Below are positions 36,182-47,162 of a DNA stretch of 48,257 bases, one piece after another (position 1 is the stretch's first letter; every line of letters starts with the position of its first letter). The position numbers and the translations under genes were made by a program. This DNA is from an uncultured Bacteroidales bacterium. Lineage in GTDB: Bacteria > Bacteroidota > Bacteroidia > Bacteroidales > CAYFUP01. The stretch spans positions 1 to 48,257 of the forward strand of contig CAYFUP010000002.1 in NCBI GenBank assembly GCA_964346235.1. The letters run 5' to 3'. The notes under the pieces were generated by a model, which searched no databases, had not been told where the DNA came from, and worked only from the letters and a program-made list of their open reading frames with translations.

Positions 36182-37723
36182 TTGAAGAAGAATATCAGAC
36201 TGGCCATGGCGGATGCCATATTGATTGTACTTGTTTCCTTGTTTACCATTTGGATTAAACCCGGCAATACCGGTTATTATATAGATTCGTATGAATATGG
36301 GTTTGCACTATTCATTGGTGTTTGGATCATGGTGTCCATCATATTCAATAAGTTTAAGGTGAAGAAAAGCACCAAACTTAAGAAGCTCAATAAACAAATT
36401 ATATTCAGTAACTTTATCATCCTGTCGTTGATCACCATTCTGATGTATACTTTCAGATCCCTCAATTATTCCAGGTTCATTGTGCTGGGAACAGTCGGTT
36501 TGGCCACCCTTGCTGAACTGTTGTTTATCAACCTGGTCTATTATTTCAGGAAAACAAGACCAATCAACGGATTTTCCACTACTCCGGAGGGGAAATACTA
36601 TAATAATCAATTAATCATGGAGCCTCCGCGGAAAATTAACGGAAACGAGGTATTGGTTGATCTTGATGAAGTCCCTGAGAACAAAGGCCTGGATGATACA
36701 CTGGTCAATGAGTTCGGAGAGGATATTTATTCTTTTATCATCAAGCATATTGATCTGGAAAATCCGCATAATTTGCTCATAGCGACAACCACCCGTTTTA
36801 ATATTGCCAAACAAGCTGATCATTTTTATAAATCCATTATCAATCTCAAGCGCATCAATGATATCCGGTATCTGAATAAGTTTTTTGAAGCGGTCAACTA
36901 TAAATTGCCCAACGGGGGACTGTTCATCGATTATGTGGAAACCAAGGAACAGCGCAAGCAACGGTTACTGAAAAAATATTTTCCCGGTTTTAACTACCTC
37001 TTTTATGTATTCGATTTCATTCTCAAAAGAGTATTCCCGAAGTTTTCGCTGACAAAAGGCATTTATTTTTTTCTGACCCGGGGTCAAAACAGGGTGCTGA
37101 CTAAGGCAGAAACATACGGCAGATTGTATTCTTGTGGATTTGAGCTGGTGGGAGAGCAGGTCATTAACCGCAACCTGTACTTTATAGCAAGAAAAGTAAA
37201 AGCGCCGGTATATGATGCCAATCCCACATACGGACCAATTGTTAAGTTGAAACGAATTGGAAAAGAAGGAAAAATCATACAAGTTTACAAGCTGAGGACC
37301 ATGCACCCCTATGCCGAATATTTGCAGGAATATGTCTATAATAATAACCGCCTGAAAGAGGGGGGTAAGTTTCAGGAAGATTTCAGGATTTCCAATCTTG
37401 GAAAGATATTCCGGAAACTTTGGCTGGATGAGTTTCCCATGATCATTAATCTGCTAAAAGGTGATATTAAACTGGTTGGTGTCAGGCCACTGAGTAAACA
37501 CTATTTCAGTCTGTATGATGATGAATTGCAACAAAAAAGAATACATTTTAAACCGGGACTTGTGCCTCCGTTTTATGCTGACATGCCGAAAACCCTGGAG
37601 GAGATTATGGAGTCAGAAAAGAATTACCTGAAAGCATACGAAAAGAAACCCTTTGCGACGGACGTAAAATACTTCAGCAAAGCATTTTATAATATACTTT
37701 TCAGGCAGGCAAGAAGCAGCTGA
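36182..37723 (+). CDS. Polyprenyl-phosphate sugar phosphotransferase (Bac_transf family) with a long N-terminal membrane and linker region
   Basis: 513 aa with a TTG start (alternative ATG at 36206) and 4-5 N-terminal TM segments. The C-terminal catalytic motifs are VYKLRTMHPYAE, ISNLGKIFRKLWLDEFPMIINLLKGDIKLVGVRPL. Confidence 0.85.
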   Translation: MKKNIRLAMADAILIVLVSLFTIWIKPGNTGYYIDSYEYGFALFIGVWIMVSIIFNKFKVKKSTKLKKLNKQIIFSNFIILSLITILMYTFRSLNYSRFIVLGTVGLATLAELLFINLVYYFRKTRPINGFSTTPEGKYYNNQLIMEPPRKINGNEVLVDLDEVPENKGLDDTLVNEFGEDIYSFIIKHIDLENPHNLLIATTTRFNIAKQADHFYKSIINLKRINDIRYLNKFFEAVNYKLPNGGLFIDYVETKEQRKQRLLKKYFPGFNYLFYVFDFILKRVFPKFSLTKGIYFFLTRGQNRVLTKAETYGRLYSCGFELVGEQVINRNLYFIARKVKAPVYDANPTYGPIVKLKRIGKEGKIIQVYKLRTMHPYAEYLQEYVYNNNRLKEGGKFQEDFRISNLGKIFRKLWLDEFPMIINLLKGDIKLVGVRPLSKHYFSLYDDELQQKRIHFKPGLVPPFYADMPKTLEEIMESEKNYLKAYEKKPFATDVKYFSKAFYNILFRQARSS

Positions 37724-37852
37724 TAAGGTTCAGAGGGAAACAATTTTTGGTGCAATGAGATGGGATTAAAATAATAATTCAGCTTTAGATGGCGTTATTA
37801 TTTTGAAAACAAATTATTAATTTTTATTTTTATCGTTCCAAAAAATAAGATT

Positions 37853-38536
37853 ATGGATGTAAAGAAAAATGAAAATGCAAACCTTGAAACCAAACGCGGT
37901 TTATTTCTGCAGCTTGGTTTTGTGGTAGCCCTTGCGATCATTTTAATCGCTTTTGAATGGACAAGTTCCGCGGGCGCGTTGGATGAAATGACGCAGCTGG
38001 AAGAAGCTGATTTTGAAGAGGAAGTGATACCGGTTACCAGGCAGGAAGAACAGAAACCACCTCCACCTCCGCCACCTCCAAAGGTAACGGAAGTGCTTAA
38101 CGTGGTGGAAGACGATGTGGAAATTGAAGATGAGTTAATCATCGAAGACATGGATGCTGACCAAAGCACGGAGATGGAAATTTTTGAATTTGATGAAGAA
38201 GAACAGGAAGAAGAGGTTTTTTTCATTGTGGAAGACATGCCGCAATTCCGTGGTGGCGGATTGGCTGAGTTCAGAAAATATGTTCAGGGTAACCTGGAGT
38301 ATCCTCAGATTGCCGCTGAAAACGGCATTAGCGGAAGGGTTTTCGTTCAGTTTGTGGTTGACGAAAAAGGAGCTGTTACCGATGCTAAAGTAGTAAGGGG
38401 TGTTGACCCATCCCTCGACAAAGAAGCGGTAAGGGTGGTAAAAAATACACCAGACGGCATGTGGTCCCCCGGAAAACAGAGAGGAAAACCTGTGAGGGTA
38501 GCATTTACCTTACCCATCGTATTTGTACTGCAATAA
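37853..38536 (+). CDS. tonB: Energy transducer TonB
   Basis: 227 aa. It has an N-terminal TM (LFLQLGFVVALAIILIAF), a Pro-rich spacer (KPPPPPPPPK), an acidic linker and a TonB C-terminal domain (EDMPQFRGG...YPQIAAENGISGRVFVQFVVDEKG...PGKQRGKPVRV). Confidence 0.85.
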   Translation: MDVKKNENANLETKRGLFLQLGFVVALAIILIAFEWTSSAGALDEMTQLEEADFEEEVIPVTRQEEQKPPPPPPPPKVTEVLNVVEDDVEIEDELIIEDMDADQSTEMEIFEFDEEEQEEEVFFIVEDMPQFRGGGLAEFRKYVQGNLEYPQIAAENGISGRVFVQFVVDEKGAVTDAKVVRGVDPSLDKEAVRVVKNTPDGMWSPGKQRGKPVRVAFTLPIVFVLQ

Positions 38537-38559
38537 TTAATCAAAGGAAATTATAACTG

Positions 38560-38600
38560 GAAACCCTGGTGAACTGTTTCAGCAGGGTTTTTTATTTTTT
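38560..38600 (+). terminator. Rho-independent terminator after tonB
   Basis: The stem is GAAACCCTG (38560-38568) / CAGGGTTTT (38583-38591) with a 14-nt loop, followed by TTTTTTATTTTTT. Confidence 0.6.
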
Positions 38601-38690
38601 GCTAATCCTTGTAATAACTCATCCAGATAAGGCGGGATAGTTATCCGTACCTATTAAATATATATCTTTGCACAATTTTAACGATAAGGC

Positions 38691-40484
38691 ATGAAGGATA
38701 ATATCAGGAATTTTTGCGTCATAGCGCATATTGATCATGGCAAGAGTACATTATCTGACAGGATGTTGCAAAAGACCAAATCGCTTAGCGACAGGGAGTT
38801 TAAGGATCAGGTGTTGGATAGCATGGATTTGGAACGGGAGCGCGGAATCACCATTAAGAGTCATGCCATCCAGATGAATTATGAGCGGAAAGACCAAAAG
38901 TACATTCTGAATTTGATTGATACACCCGGTCACGTTGATTTTTCTTATGAAGTGTCCCGTTCAATATATGCTTGCGAAGGGGCCCTGCTAATCATAGATG
39001 CCAGTCAGGGCATACAGGCACAAACCATTTCCAACCTCTATATGGCCATTGAACACGATTTGGAGATTATTCCCATCATGAACAAGATGGACCTGCCCAA
39101 TGCCATGCCTGAAGAAGTGTCCGATCAAATAATAGACCTGATTGGATGCAGTCGTGAGGATATCATTGAAGCAAGCGGGAAAACCGGCGATGGGGTGGAT
39201 GAAGTACTTGAACAGATAGTCACAAAAATACCGCCGCCCAAAGGAGACAACAATGAAAAACTTCAGGCCCTGGTTTTTGATTCCATCTATAATGCCTACA
39301 GGGGGGTAATCACCTATGTGAGAATTATGAATGGCACCTTGAATAAAGGAGATCAGCTAAAATTCTACAATAGTGGAAATTTATGTGCTGCTGATGAAAT
39401 AGGGGTTTTAAAGCTGAAGATGGAAGAAAGGGATTCCCTGGAGGCTGGCAATGTGGGCTATATTATCTCCGGTATAAAGACCTCATCGGAGGTTCAGGTA
39501 GGAGATACCATCACGCACCAGCAGAAGCCTTGCGAGGCCGGTATAGAAGGATTTAAAGAAGTAAAACCCATGGTATATGCCGGAATATATCCTGCAGATG
39601 CCGATGATTATGAGGAATTAAGAAATTCCATCGAAAAGCTTCATTTGAATGATGCTGCCTTCTCCTTTGAGCCTGAGTCATCTGCTGCATTGGGATTTGG
39701 TTTCCGTTGCGGTTTTCTGGGACTTTTGCATATGGAAATAATTCAGGAAAGACTCGACCGGGAATTTGACATGGATGTGATCACTACTGTACCCAATGTC
39801 TCATATGATGTTTATACCTCCGGGGATGAAAAGGTTGAAGTCCATAATCCCTCGGGACTGCCTGCCACCAATGCCATTGATTATATCGAAGAACCGATAA
39901 TTACCGCACAGATTATTTCTAAAGCTGATTTTATCGGTCCCATCATTGAGTTGTGTGTAGAAAAAAGAGGGACATTGCAGAATCAGGTTTATCTGACCAG
40001 TGACCGGGTAGAGCTTACCTTCGAAATGCCTTTGAGTGAAATTGTTTTCGACTTCTACGATAAGCTGAAAAGCATTTCTAAAGGATATGCCTCTTTTGAT
40101 TATCATACCACAGGTAGCAGGAAGGCCAACCTGGTAAGACTGGATATTCTGTTAAACGCGGAAATGGTAGATGCCCTCTCCACCCTCATTCACCGGGATA
40201 ATGCCTATGATCTGGGAAGAAAGATGTGTGTGAAGCTCAAGGAGCTAATTCCCAGACAACAATTTGATATTCCCATACAGGCTGCCATCGGTTCTAAAAT
40301 CATTGCACGGGAAACCGTCAAAGCGTTGAGAAAAGATGTTACCGCAAAATGCTATGGGGGTGACATCACCAGGAAAAGAAAACTGCTGGAGAAACAGAAA
40401 AAAGGCAAAAAACGAATGAGACAGGTGGGTAAGGTGGAGGTGCCGCAACAAGCTTTTCTGGCTGTATTGAAGCTGGAAGACTAA
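38691..40484 (+). CDS. lepA: Translation elongation factor 4
   Basis: 597 aa. [27 protein letters not shown] and NKMDL form the GTPase domain. The LepA-specific C-terminal domain contains [16 protein letters not shown]. Confidence 0.97.
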   Translation: MKDNIRNFCVIAHIDHGKSTLSDRMLQKTKSLSDREFKDQVLDSMDLERERGITIKSHAIQMNYERKDQKYILNLIDTPGHVDFSYEVSRSIYACEGALLIIDASQGIQAQTISNLYMAIEHDLEIIPIMNKMDLPNAMPEEVSDQIIDLIGCSREDIIEASGKTGDGVDEVLEQIVTKIPPPKGDNNEKLQALVFDSIYNAYRGVITYVRIMNGTLNKGDQLKFYNSGNLCAADEIGVLKLKMEERDSLEAGNVGYIISGIKTSSEVQVGDTITHQQKPCEAGIEGFKEVKPMVYAGIYPADADDYEELRNSIEKLHLNDAAFSFEPESSAALGFGFRCGFLGLLHMEIIQERLDREFDMDVITTVPNVSYDVYTSGDEKVEVHNPSGLPATNAIDYIEEPIITAQIISKADFIGPIIELCVEKRGTLQNQVYLTSDRVELTFEMPLSEIVFDFYDKLKSISKGYASFDYHTTGSRKANLVRLDILLNAEMVDALSTLIHRDNAYDLGRKMCVKLKELIPRQQFDIPIQAAIGSKIIARETVKALRKDVTAKCYGGDITRKRKLLEKQKKGKKRMRQVGKVEVPQQAFLAVLKLED

Positions 40485-40563
40485 ACCATGAGATAAAAAA
40501 AACACTTCAATTCGAAAATACAAAAAGACCTCAACCCGGAAGCCAGAGACCTATTCCATGAGG

Positions 40564-41268
40564 TTACAATAAAGTCTTCAACTCGCTCAGGCAATGCACT
40601 TCATAGGTTACTTCTTCATGATGAGGAACCTTGTGATAATTGAAAAAAACCTGATCAATGCCGAATTCCCTGGCTCCAAGGATATCGATATACAGTTCAT
40701 CCCCAATCATCAGGCTTTCCTTTTTGCCGGCATTGACTGCCGACAAGGCACTTCTGTAAACCAGGGTATCCGGTTTCTGTGAACCCAGCTCATCGGAGGT
40801 GAATATTTTATCGAAAAATGGCATTAAACCGGATTGACGGAGTTTAATATACTGAACTTCCCGGAAGCCATTGGTGATGATGTGCAACCGGTAATCTTTG
40901 CTCAGGTACTCCAATATTTCCAGGGTGAATGGCAAAAGACCGGTTTTTCTGGAATTCGTATAAATATATTCCTGATCAATCTTTTCTGCCAGCGCCTGGT
41001 CTTTTACGCCAAAGGATTTCAGGGTATTGTAAAACCGAATCACACGCAGTTCATTTTTGCTGATCTGCTTATGGCGGAATGCATGCCACAATACATCATT
41101 GTTTTTTTTGTACTCATCGAGATAAGCATCAAAGTCCGGAATGAATTTATTTAACTCGTACTTCATGAATATGTCGCGAAGGGCATTCGTGGAATTGGTT
41201 TCAAAATCCCAAAGGGTACGGTCTAAATCAAAAAAAATATGCTTGTATTTTCTCTTTGAAAACTGCAT
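40564..41268 (-). CDS. HAD-superfamily hydrolase (YjjG-like nucleotidase)
   Basis: DxDxT motif HIFFDLDRTLWDF, then ITNG, then MIGDEL..DILGA. The ATG at 41268 leaves a 4-nt gap to the rsmI stop. The ORF-track start at 41313 is a TTG that overlaps rsmI. Confidence 0.8.
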   Translation of the reverse strand: MQFSKRKYKHIFFDLDRTLWDFETNSTNALRDIFMKYELNKFIPDFDAYLDEYKKNNDVLWHAFRHKQISKNELRVIRFYNTLKSFGVKDQALAEKIDQEYIYTNSRKTGLLPFTLEILEYLSKDYRLHIITNGFREVQYIKLRQSGLMPFFDKIFTSDELGSQKPDTLVYRSALSAVNAGKKESLMIGDELYIDILGAREFGIDQVFFNYHKVPHHEEVTYEVHCLSELKTLL

Positions 41269-41272
41269 CTGT

Positions 41273-41956
41273 TCAAAGTCTTGGTTTTCTGTTGCCTTCC
41301 AGAACAATGACAAATTCTCCTTTTACATTGGTTTCATTAAGCTGTTCGGAGACTTCTCCCAGTTTTCCGCGGATGGTGGTTTCATGAATTTTACTGATTT
41401 CTTTGGAAATTGAAACAGACCGGTCATGACCAAAGTTTTCGGTGAGCTCCTTCAGTGTTTTTACCAATTTATAAGGAGATTCATAAAAAACCAATGTCCT
41501 TTCTTCTTCAGCCAACTGGCGGATGCGTTTTTTCCTGCCTTTCTTTTGTGGCAGGAAGCCTTCGAATACAAACCGTTCGCATGGAAGCCCCGAGTTTATC
41601 AGCGCCGGTATAAAAGCCACCGCACCAGGCAATGTTTCTACGGTTATGTCATGGCGAATGCATTCCCTGACCAGCAGAAAGCCGGGATCGGATATGCCCG
41701 GAGTGCCGGCATCCGATATCAGGGCGCAGTGATCATTTTCCCGGATTTGTTCCATAGCCCGCTGAAGGGTTTTATGTTCATTGTCTTTGTGAAAAGAGAC
41801 AATGGGCTTTTGAATCTCATAATGATGGAGCAAGATCTTTGATTTCCTGGTGTCCTCTGCAAAAATCAAATCCACCATCTTAAGCGTACTGATGGCCCTG
41901 AGGGTAATATCTTCAAGGTTACCGACCGGGGTGGGTACAATGAACAGTTTTCCCAT
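41273..41956 (-). CDS. rsmI: 16S rRNA (cytidine1402-2'-O)-methyltransferase
   Basis: 227 aa. MGKLFIVPTPVGNLEDITLRAISTL..IFAEDTR and SDAGTPGISDPG are tetrapyrrole-methylase-fold RsmI hallmarks. Confidence 0.93.
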   Translation of the reverse strand: MGKLFIVPTPVGNLEDITLRAISTLKMVDLIFAEDTRKSKILLHHYEIQKPIVSFHKDNEHKTLQRAMEQIRENDHCALISDAGTPGISDPGFLLVRECIRHDITVETLPGAVAFIPALINSGLPCERFVFEGFLPQKKGRKKRIRQLAEEERTLVFYESPYKLVKTLKELTENFGHDRSVSISKEISKIHETTIRGKLGEVSEQLNETNVKGEFVIVLEGNRKPRL

Positions 41957-41969
41957 GAGGTGAATGCTA

Positions 41970-42923
41970 TTATTCAGGAAATTTTCTTTGTATGATGGCT
42001 AAAAACCTGCTGGCCGGGTCTTCATCAAAATTCCAGTCAAAGTTTTCATTCAAATAGGACAATGCGTGCTCATAAGAGGCTTTGTCATTTAAATCATTGA
42101 TAGTCAGCTCATATTGCTTGCTGCTGCCATGAAACAGTTCTTTGATGAAATAGAATTTGTCATTGATTCCAATGGCTTTCTTAATATCTGAGATAGGCCG
42201 TTTCTGAAGTTTTTGAGAAATATCCCCGGTGCTCTTTGCCATGGACTCATTCCTGGCTTCCGTTTGCTGAAATTTGTCTGCCAGGATTTCTTTTTTCTCT
42301 TCCTGTCTTTCTTTACCTGCTGCCGTTTCCTTTCTTTGTCCGGGGGATTGATCGCCGGATTCCGGCTTTTTTGCGGCATCACTTTCCTCTTCCTGAACGA
42401 AGCTTCCGGCAGTGTCTCCTTCGACATTGAGTTCCTGTTTCCGGCCTGTGTCCTCAGAAACGTTTTCTTCGACATGCGTTTCCCGCTTCCGGTCTTCGCT
42501 CTCACGTGTGCTATCCATAACATGGATTTCTTCTTTCTGAACCATGCTTTTTCCGGTTTCTTTTTCTCGACCAGGCATGTCCCCTTCTTTTACAACCGAT
42601 GCTTCCCCAGGTTCATTATGTGCCTCTTTTGAATCCATCCCGGTGCTTTCGGCGGGGGCATTCTTTGGAAAACCAGATCCCTGGGTGTGTTTTTCTGAAT
42701 AATCCGCCTGAGTGGTGACAGGCTCCTGGGAATGCGGCCACTCAGTGGGAACGTCCTTTTCCTGCTGAAGCATTAAAAGTAATTCATAAATGCTTCTGAA
42801 TTTTGACAGGGCGATGTCCATCTCAATGGAAGGAATACTTTCCAGGTTTTTAAACCTTTCGACCAATTGCTTTGCTTCGTTGATATCATTTAAAATGGCT
42901 TCGAAGGTATTTTTATATGACAT
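41970..42923 (-). CDS. Hypothetical protein with structured termini and a ~170-aa acidic, low-complexity centre
   Basis: 317 aa. The N-terminus is helical (MSYKNTFEAILNDINEAKQLVERF). The E/K/D/S-rich middle looks disordered. The C-terminal domain is IGINDKFYFIKELFHGSSKQYELTINDLN. I recognise no named family. Confidence 0.55.
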   Translation of the reverse strand: MSYKNTFEAILNDINEAKQLVERFKNLESIPSIEMDIALSKFRSIYELLLMLQQEKDVPTEWPHSQEPVTTQADYSEKHTQGSGFPKNAPAESTGMDSKEAHNEPGEASVVKEGDMPGREKETGKSMVQKEEIHVMDSTRESEDRKRETHVEENVSEDTGRKQELNVEGDTAGSFVQEEESDAAKKPESGDQSPGQRKETAAGKERQEEKKEILADKFQQTEARNESMAKSTGDISQKLQKRPISDIKKAIGINDKFYFIKELFHGSSKQYELTINDLNDKASYEHALSYLNENFDWNFDEDPASRFLAIIQRKFPE

Positions 42924-43032
42924 TATGAAAAGGTTTTTCTAATTTTGATGAATGTATTATATGGATAAAATAAACATAATTTTGCCACAATAATATGTAA
43001 AGTAACTATAAATATTTTGATTTTATTTTATA

Positions 43033-43617
43033 ATGTTTACAGAAAATTCCCCGGTCAGCTTTAAAGATAAAGGGTGGATTGAGGTCATCACCGGCTCGAT
43101 GTTTTCCGGGAAAACCGAAGAGTTGATACGCAGACTGAATCGGGCCATGATTGCCAATCTGAAGGTCATCACCTTTAAACCGGCTATGGATGACCGGTAT
43201 GCGAGGCAAAAGGTGGTATCACATGATCAAAGGTTTATGGAAACTTACCCGGTATCAGCTTCTTCAGAAATCTTAAGCCTGAAGGACGATGCGGATGTGA
43301 TTGGCATTGATGAAGCCCAGTTCTTTGACGATGGCCTGCCGGATGTCTGCAATGCGTTGGCAAATCAAAATCTAAGGGTCATTGTAGCCGGACTGGATTT
43401 GGATTTTATAGGAAAACCATTTGGCCCGTTGCCCAGGTTGCTTGCCATGGCCGAATATATAACCAAGGTACATGCCATTTGCATTCGATGTGGTGATTTG
43501 GCCTACCTTTCCCGCCGCAAAACCAAGGATGAGGAACTTGTTAGGGTGGGAAAAAAAGAAACCTATGAGCCATTATGCAGAAAATGCTTTAATATTGTCC
43601 ATGAAACCAAATCATAA
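43033..43617 (+). CDS. tdk: Thymidine kinase
   Basis: 194 aa. The P-loop is GSMFSGKTEELIRR. IGIDEAQFF is present. The zinc motif is C..CG...CRKC. Confidence 0.95.
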   Translation: MFTENSPVSFKDKGWIEVITGSMFSGKTEELIRRLNRAMIANLKVITFKPAMDDRYARQKVVSHDQRFMETYPVSASSEILSLKDDADVIGIDEAQFFDDGLPDVCNALANQNLRVIVAGLDLDFIGKPFGPLPRLLAMAEYITKVHAICIRCGDLAYLSRRKTKDEELVRVGKKETYEPLCRKCFNIVHETKS

Positions 43618-43629
43618 ATATTATACCGG

Positions 43630-46095
43630 ATGGTTAGCTATAATACAGGATCACTTGTCAGAATAATTGATGCCAGACTGTATGGTGATGAAAACAAGGA
43701 AATCGATAATATTTCTATTGACAGCCGCAAGATAATCAATCCTGGCTCTGCTTTGTTTTTTGCCATTCGTGGGCCAAACCGGGATGGACACCGGTTCATT
43801 CATGAAAGTCACCAGCTGGGCGTCAGGGCATTCGTGGTGGATACACTGCCTGAGGACCATCAGCGATATGCAGAAACCACTTTCCTGGTGGTGGATGATG
43901 CCATCAAAGCCGTTCAACAGCTGGCAGCTTACCACCGGAAACAATTCAGATATCCTGTAATCGCTATCACCGGGAGCAACGGAAAGACAATAGTGAAGGA
44001 GTGGTTAAATCAACTGCTGGAGCCGGAAAAAAGCATTGTGAGAAGCCCGAAAAGCTATAATTCACAGATAGGCGTGCCATTGAGCCTGTTCCTGATGCAT
44101 GAATCGGCTGATATGGCAATCATAGAGGCCGGCATTTCTTTGAAGGGTGAAATGGAAAAACTGGAGCAAATGATTAAACCTGATACCGGCATCATCACCA
44201 ATATTGGGGAAGCACATCAGGAAAATTTCTCCGGATATGATGAAAAAACTCACGAAAAGATCAAGCTGTTTTCAGGGGTAGAAACCATTCTTTATTGCAG
44301 GGATTATGATGCCATTCACCAGGCCATCAAAAGGAAGTACCCGGACAAGCATGTTTTTAGCTGGTCAACCGAAAGAAATGCAGATGTCATCATTAAAAAG
44401 ATTGAAAAAGCCGCGGGCAGTGCGAAGATAAAATATGCTTTTCACAATAAGAAAGCCTCCATTGTTATCCCTTTCTCTGACAGGGCTTCGGTTGAAAATG
44501 CCATTCATTGCCTGGTTTATATGCTGTATTCGAGATACGACCCTTCCACCATCAAAAAAAGAATGAAAGTCCTTGGCCCTGTAGCCATGCGCCTGGAAAT
44601 AAAACAGGGCATCAACGATTCTGTCATCATCAATGACAGTTATAACTCGGATCTGAATTCATTGTCCATCGCCATTGATTTTCTGAACCAGCAATCCAGG
44701 CTTGAGAAGAAGACCCTTATATTGTCCGATATCCTGCAAAGCGGAATGGATGAGCCTCATCTGTACAGAAAGGTCAGTGAAATCGTGCAGCAAAAAAAAG
44801 TACACCGGATCATTGGCATAGGCAGCGCCTTAAAGAAGAATGCGGCTCTCTTCACCGGAGATGCCAGGTTTTATGAGTCCACCGATGCATTCATTCAGCA
44901 TTATAATTTTGAGCAAATCGGTGGTGAAGCCATTTTATTGAAAGGGGCCAGGCCATTCAGGTTTGAGCGGATATCCAGAAGGCTTGAGAACCTGGCCCAC
45001 AGGACATTGCTGGAGGTAAACCTCAATGCCCTTTTGTACAACCTGAATTATTTTCGTTCCGGCCTGAATCCCGGTACCCGCATTATGGTCATGGTGAAAG
45101 CATTCTCTTATGGAAGCGGATTATATGAGGTGGCCTCCTTTTTGCAATACCACAGGGTAGATTATCTTGGAGTGGCTTTTGTGGATGAAGGAGTGACCCT
45201 GAGAAAATCCGGCATCAAACTGCCTGTCATGGTCATGCAGCCCGAAGAAGGAAGCTTCGATGTCATGATTGAGCATGGAATGGAACCTGAAATTTACAGT
45301 TTCATCATCCTTGAACAGTTTATTAATGCATTGAAGCATAAAAAAATACAGGAATACCCGGTTCATATCAAGGTGGATACCGGCATGCACCGTTTGGGTT
45401 TTATGAATCATCAGGTGGATGAATTAATAAGAAGACTCAGGGAAGTCCCGCAGATAAAAGTCCAATCTGTCTTCTCCCACCTGGCTGCGAGCGATGAAGA
45501 AGTGCATGACCAATTTACCGGAAGTCAGTTTGAGGCATTTGAGAAAATCAAAAAGGTGTTTCGAGCATCATTTGATCATAAGATCATGTATCACATTCTT
45601 AATTCGGCCGGCACTGAACGTTTTCCTGAATATCAACATGATATGGTGCGACTGGGAATCGGCCTATACGGGGTGAGCTGTCTGCACGATATCTCTCTCA
45701 AAAACATAAGCACACTGAAAAGCCGGATAATACAGATTAAGACGGTACATGCAGGGGAGACTGTGGGTTATGGAAGAAAAGGATTGGCCGGTTCGGAAAA
45801 GCAGATTGCCGTCGTTCCCATTGGCTATGCAGATGGGTTGAACCGCCACCTGAGCAATGGCAAAGGATATTTCATGGTCAGAAACCAAAAAGCCCCCATT
45901 TTTGGGAACATCTGTATGGATGTGACGATGATTGATGTGACCGGATTGAACGCTCTTGCAGGAGAAGAAGTGATCATCTTCGGGGCGGGTTTTTCCATTG
46001 AAGAAATGGCGAAGAAACTGAATACCATCCCATATGAGATTCTTACCGGCATATCCCAACGGGTGAAACGCGTATATTACCAGGATGAGCAATAA
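43630..46095 (+). CDS. Bifunctional Mur-ligase (MurF-like) / alanine racemase fusion
   Basis: 821 aa. The N-terminal Mur ligase part has AITGSNGKT and ITNIGEAH. The C-terminal Alr part has the PLP-lysine motif MVMVKAFSYGSG, DTGMHRLGF and GYADG. This fusion is common in Bacteroidota. Confidence 0.9.
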   Translation: MVSYNTGSLVRIIDARLYGDENKEIDNISIDSRKIINPGSALFFAIRGPNRDGHRFIHESHQLGVRAFVVDTLPEDHQRYAETTFLVVDDAIKAVQQLAAYHRKQFRYPVIAITGSNGKTIVKEWLNQLLEPEKSIVRSPKSYNSQIGVPLSLFLMHESADMAIIEAGISLKGEMEKLEQMIKPDTGIITNIGEAHQENFSGYDEKTHEKIKLFSGVETILYCRDYDAIHQAIKRKYPDKHVFSWSTERNADVIIKKIEKAAGSAKIKYAFHNKKASIVIPFSDRASVENAIHCLVYMLYSRYDPSTIKKRMKVLGPVAMRLEIKQGINDSVIINDSYNSDLNSLSIAIDFLNQQSRLEKKTLILSDILQSGMDEPHLYRKVSEIVQQKKVHRIIGIGSALKKNAALFTGDARFYESTDAFIQHYNFEQIGGEAILLKGARPFRFERISRRLENLAHRTLLEVNLNALLYNLNYFRSGLNPGTRIMVMVKAFSYGSGLYEVASFLQYHRVDYLGVAFVDEGVTLRKSGIKLPVMVMQPEEGSFDVMIEHGMEPEIYSFIILEQFINALKHKKIQEYPVHIKVDTGMHRLGFMNHQVDELIRRLREVPQIKVQSVFSHLAASDEEVHDQFTGSQFEAFEKIKKVFRASFDHKIMYHILNSAGTERFPEYQHDMVRLGIGLYGVSCLHDISLKNISTLKSRIIQIKTVHAGETVGYGRKGLAGSEKQIAVVPIGYADGLNRHLSNGKGYFMVRNQKAPIFGNICMDVTMIDVTGLNALAGEEVIIFGAGFSIEEMAKKLNTIPYEILTGISQRVKRVYYQDEQ

Positions 46096-46103
46096 AATAT
46101 TGG

Positions 46104-46126
46104 GAAAATGCATGAACGCATTTTTC
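46104..46126 (+). terminator. Possible weak intrinsic terminator after murF-alr
   Basis: The stem is GAAAATGC / GCATTTTT with a 6-nt loop, 9 nt after the stop codon. The stem is AT-rich and the T-run is part of it. Confidence 0.3.
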
Positions 46127-46264
46127 TATGTGCTGATGAAAAGGGGGCATTACCACGATGAACAGCAAAATGGCCAGGTAAAGTCAGTGGACAGGTTCGG
46201 CTACACCAAAGTAAAGCATGAATTTAACCATAACGTTGTAAGGAAGGTCAGCGGGGAGGTTCAG

Positions 46265-47119
46265 CTACACCGGATTGTTTTTCCTGGCATAAGTCATGCA
46301 CCTCTCCCAGTCTTCCTGGTACATTTCCCTGATTTCCTCCATGGCATCTTCGGGGATTAATGGTTCCTTTCCGAAGACAGATTCGGGCAACAGGGCAGCA
46401 ACATATAAGGTGGTGTACCGGATAAAAGCCACATATAAATGACGCAGCTTATCAGGTACTTTATATTTAAACCGGATGTGCGGCTGGATGTTTATTCTTT
46501 TTCCTATGGCCAGCGTGGCTTTCATCTGTTTTTCACTGTAGGAAGTGTGCTTTCGGGACAAAGATATCCTGTCCGCGTCATAGGAGGCATTCATGTATCT
46601 TGCCAACCGGTCGATAAAAGCAAGCGGATCTTTTTTCATGTCCTCATAAAACAATACCAGGGGCTTGTGAGAAAAATATTTTTCAAGGATTTTGATTTTG
46701 TCGTGGTACACCAACTCCTTCTTTTTCCATTTGCCGGTGTCATGGATATGATCAAAGAAATCAGAAAAATGCCAGGGATATCCGTTTTTGGCATAGCGCC
46801 TGTATTGGGAGGCGATCCAACTGTCATGCCTCCGGAGCAACAGGATGGGTTTTGCGTTGGGAAAATGGCCGGAAATGAATTGGGATTCCCTTTCCAGGTA
46901 TTCATGTTTATCAAATTCCCGGGATATTAAAAATCTTTCCTCATGGCGCTTGCTGATGATAAGGGGTGTCCTTTTATATTGGGTTCGCTGAATATAATGA
47001 ATGTTCCTGAAATGAGGAAACACCTTGTACTGCAGATAAGTGGATGCCACTTTTCCTAAGCCGGGATGAAAAAATACCGTTTTTTCCTGTTTCGACATGT
47101 CTTTGTTATTAGAACCCAT
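46265..47119 (-). CDS. Putative sulfotransferase-fold protein
   Basis: 284 aa. FFHPGLGKVASTYLQ resembles the 5'-PSB loop. LLLRRHDSWIASQYRRY resembles the 3'-PB motif (R..D...S). Assigned from motifs only. Confidence 0.45.
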   Translation of the reverse strand: MGSNNKDMSKQEKTVFFHPGLGKVASTYLQYKVFPHFRNIHYIQRTQYKRTPLIISKRHEERFLISREFDKHEYLERESQFISGHFPNAKPILLLRRHDSWIASQYRRYAKNGYPWHFSDFFDHIHDTGKWKKKELVYHDKIKILEKYFSHKPLVLFYEDMKKDPLAFIDRLARYMNASYDADRISLSRKHTSYSEKQMKATLAIGKRINIQPHIRFKYKVPDKLRHLYVAFIRYTTLYVAALLPESVFGKEPLIPEDAMEEIREMYQEDWERCMTYARKNNPV

Positions 47120-47162
47120 AAGCGACTTATATGCACATTAATAGAACATGGATGCTTCGATT

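Noticed and set aside
43630-46095. MurF-like / alanine racemase gene fusion as a novelty
   Set aside because: This bifunctional fusion is widely annotated in Bacteroidota. Both halves have intact motifs.
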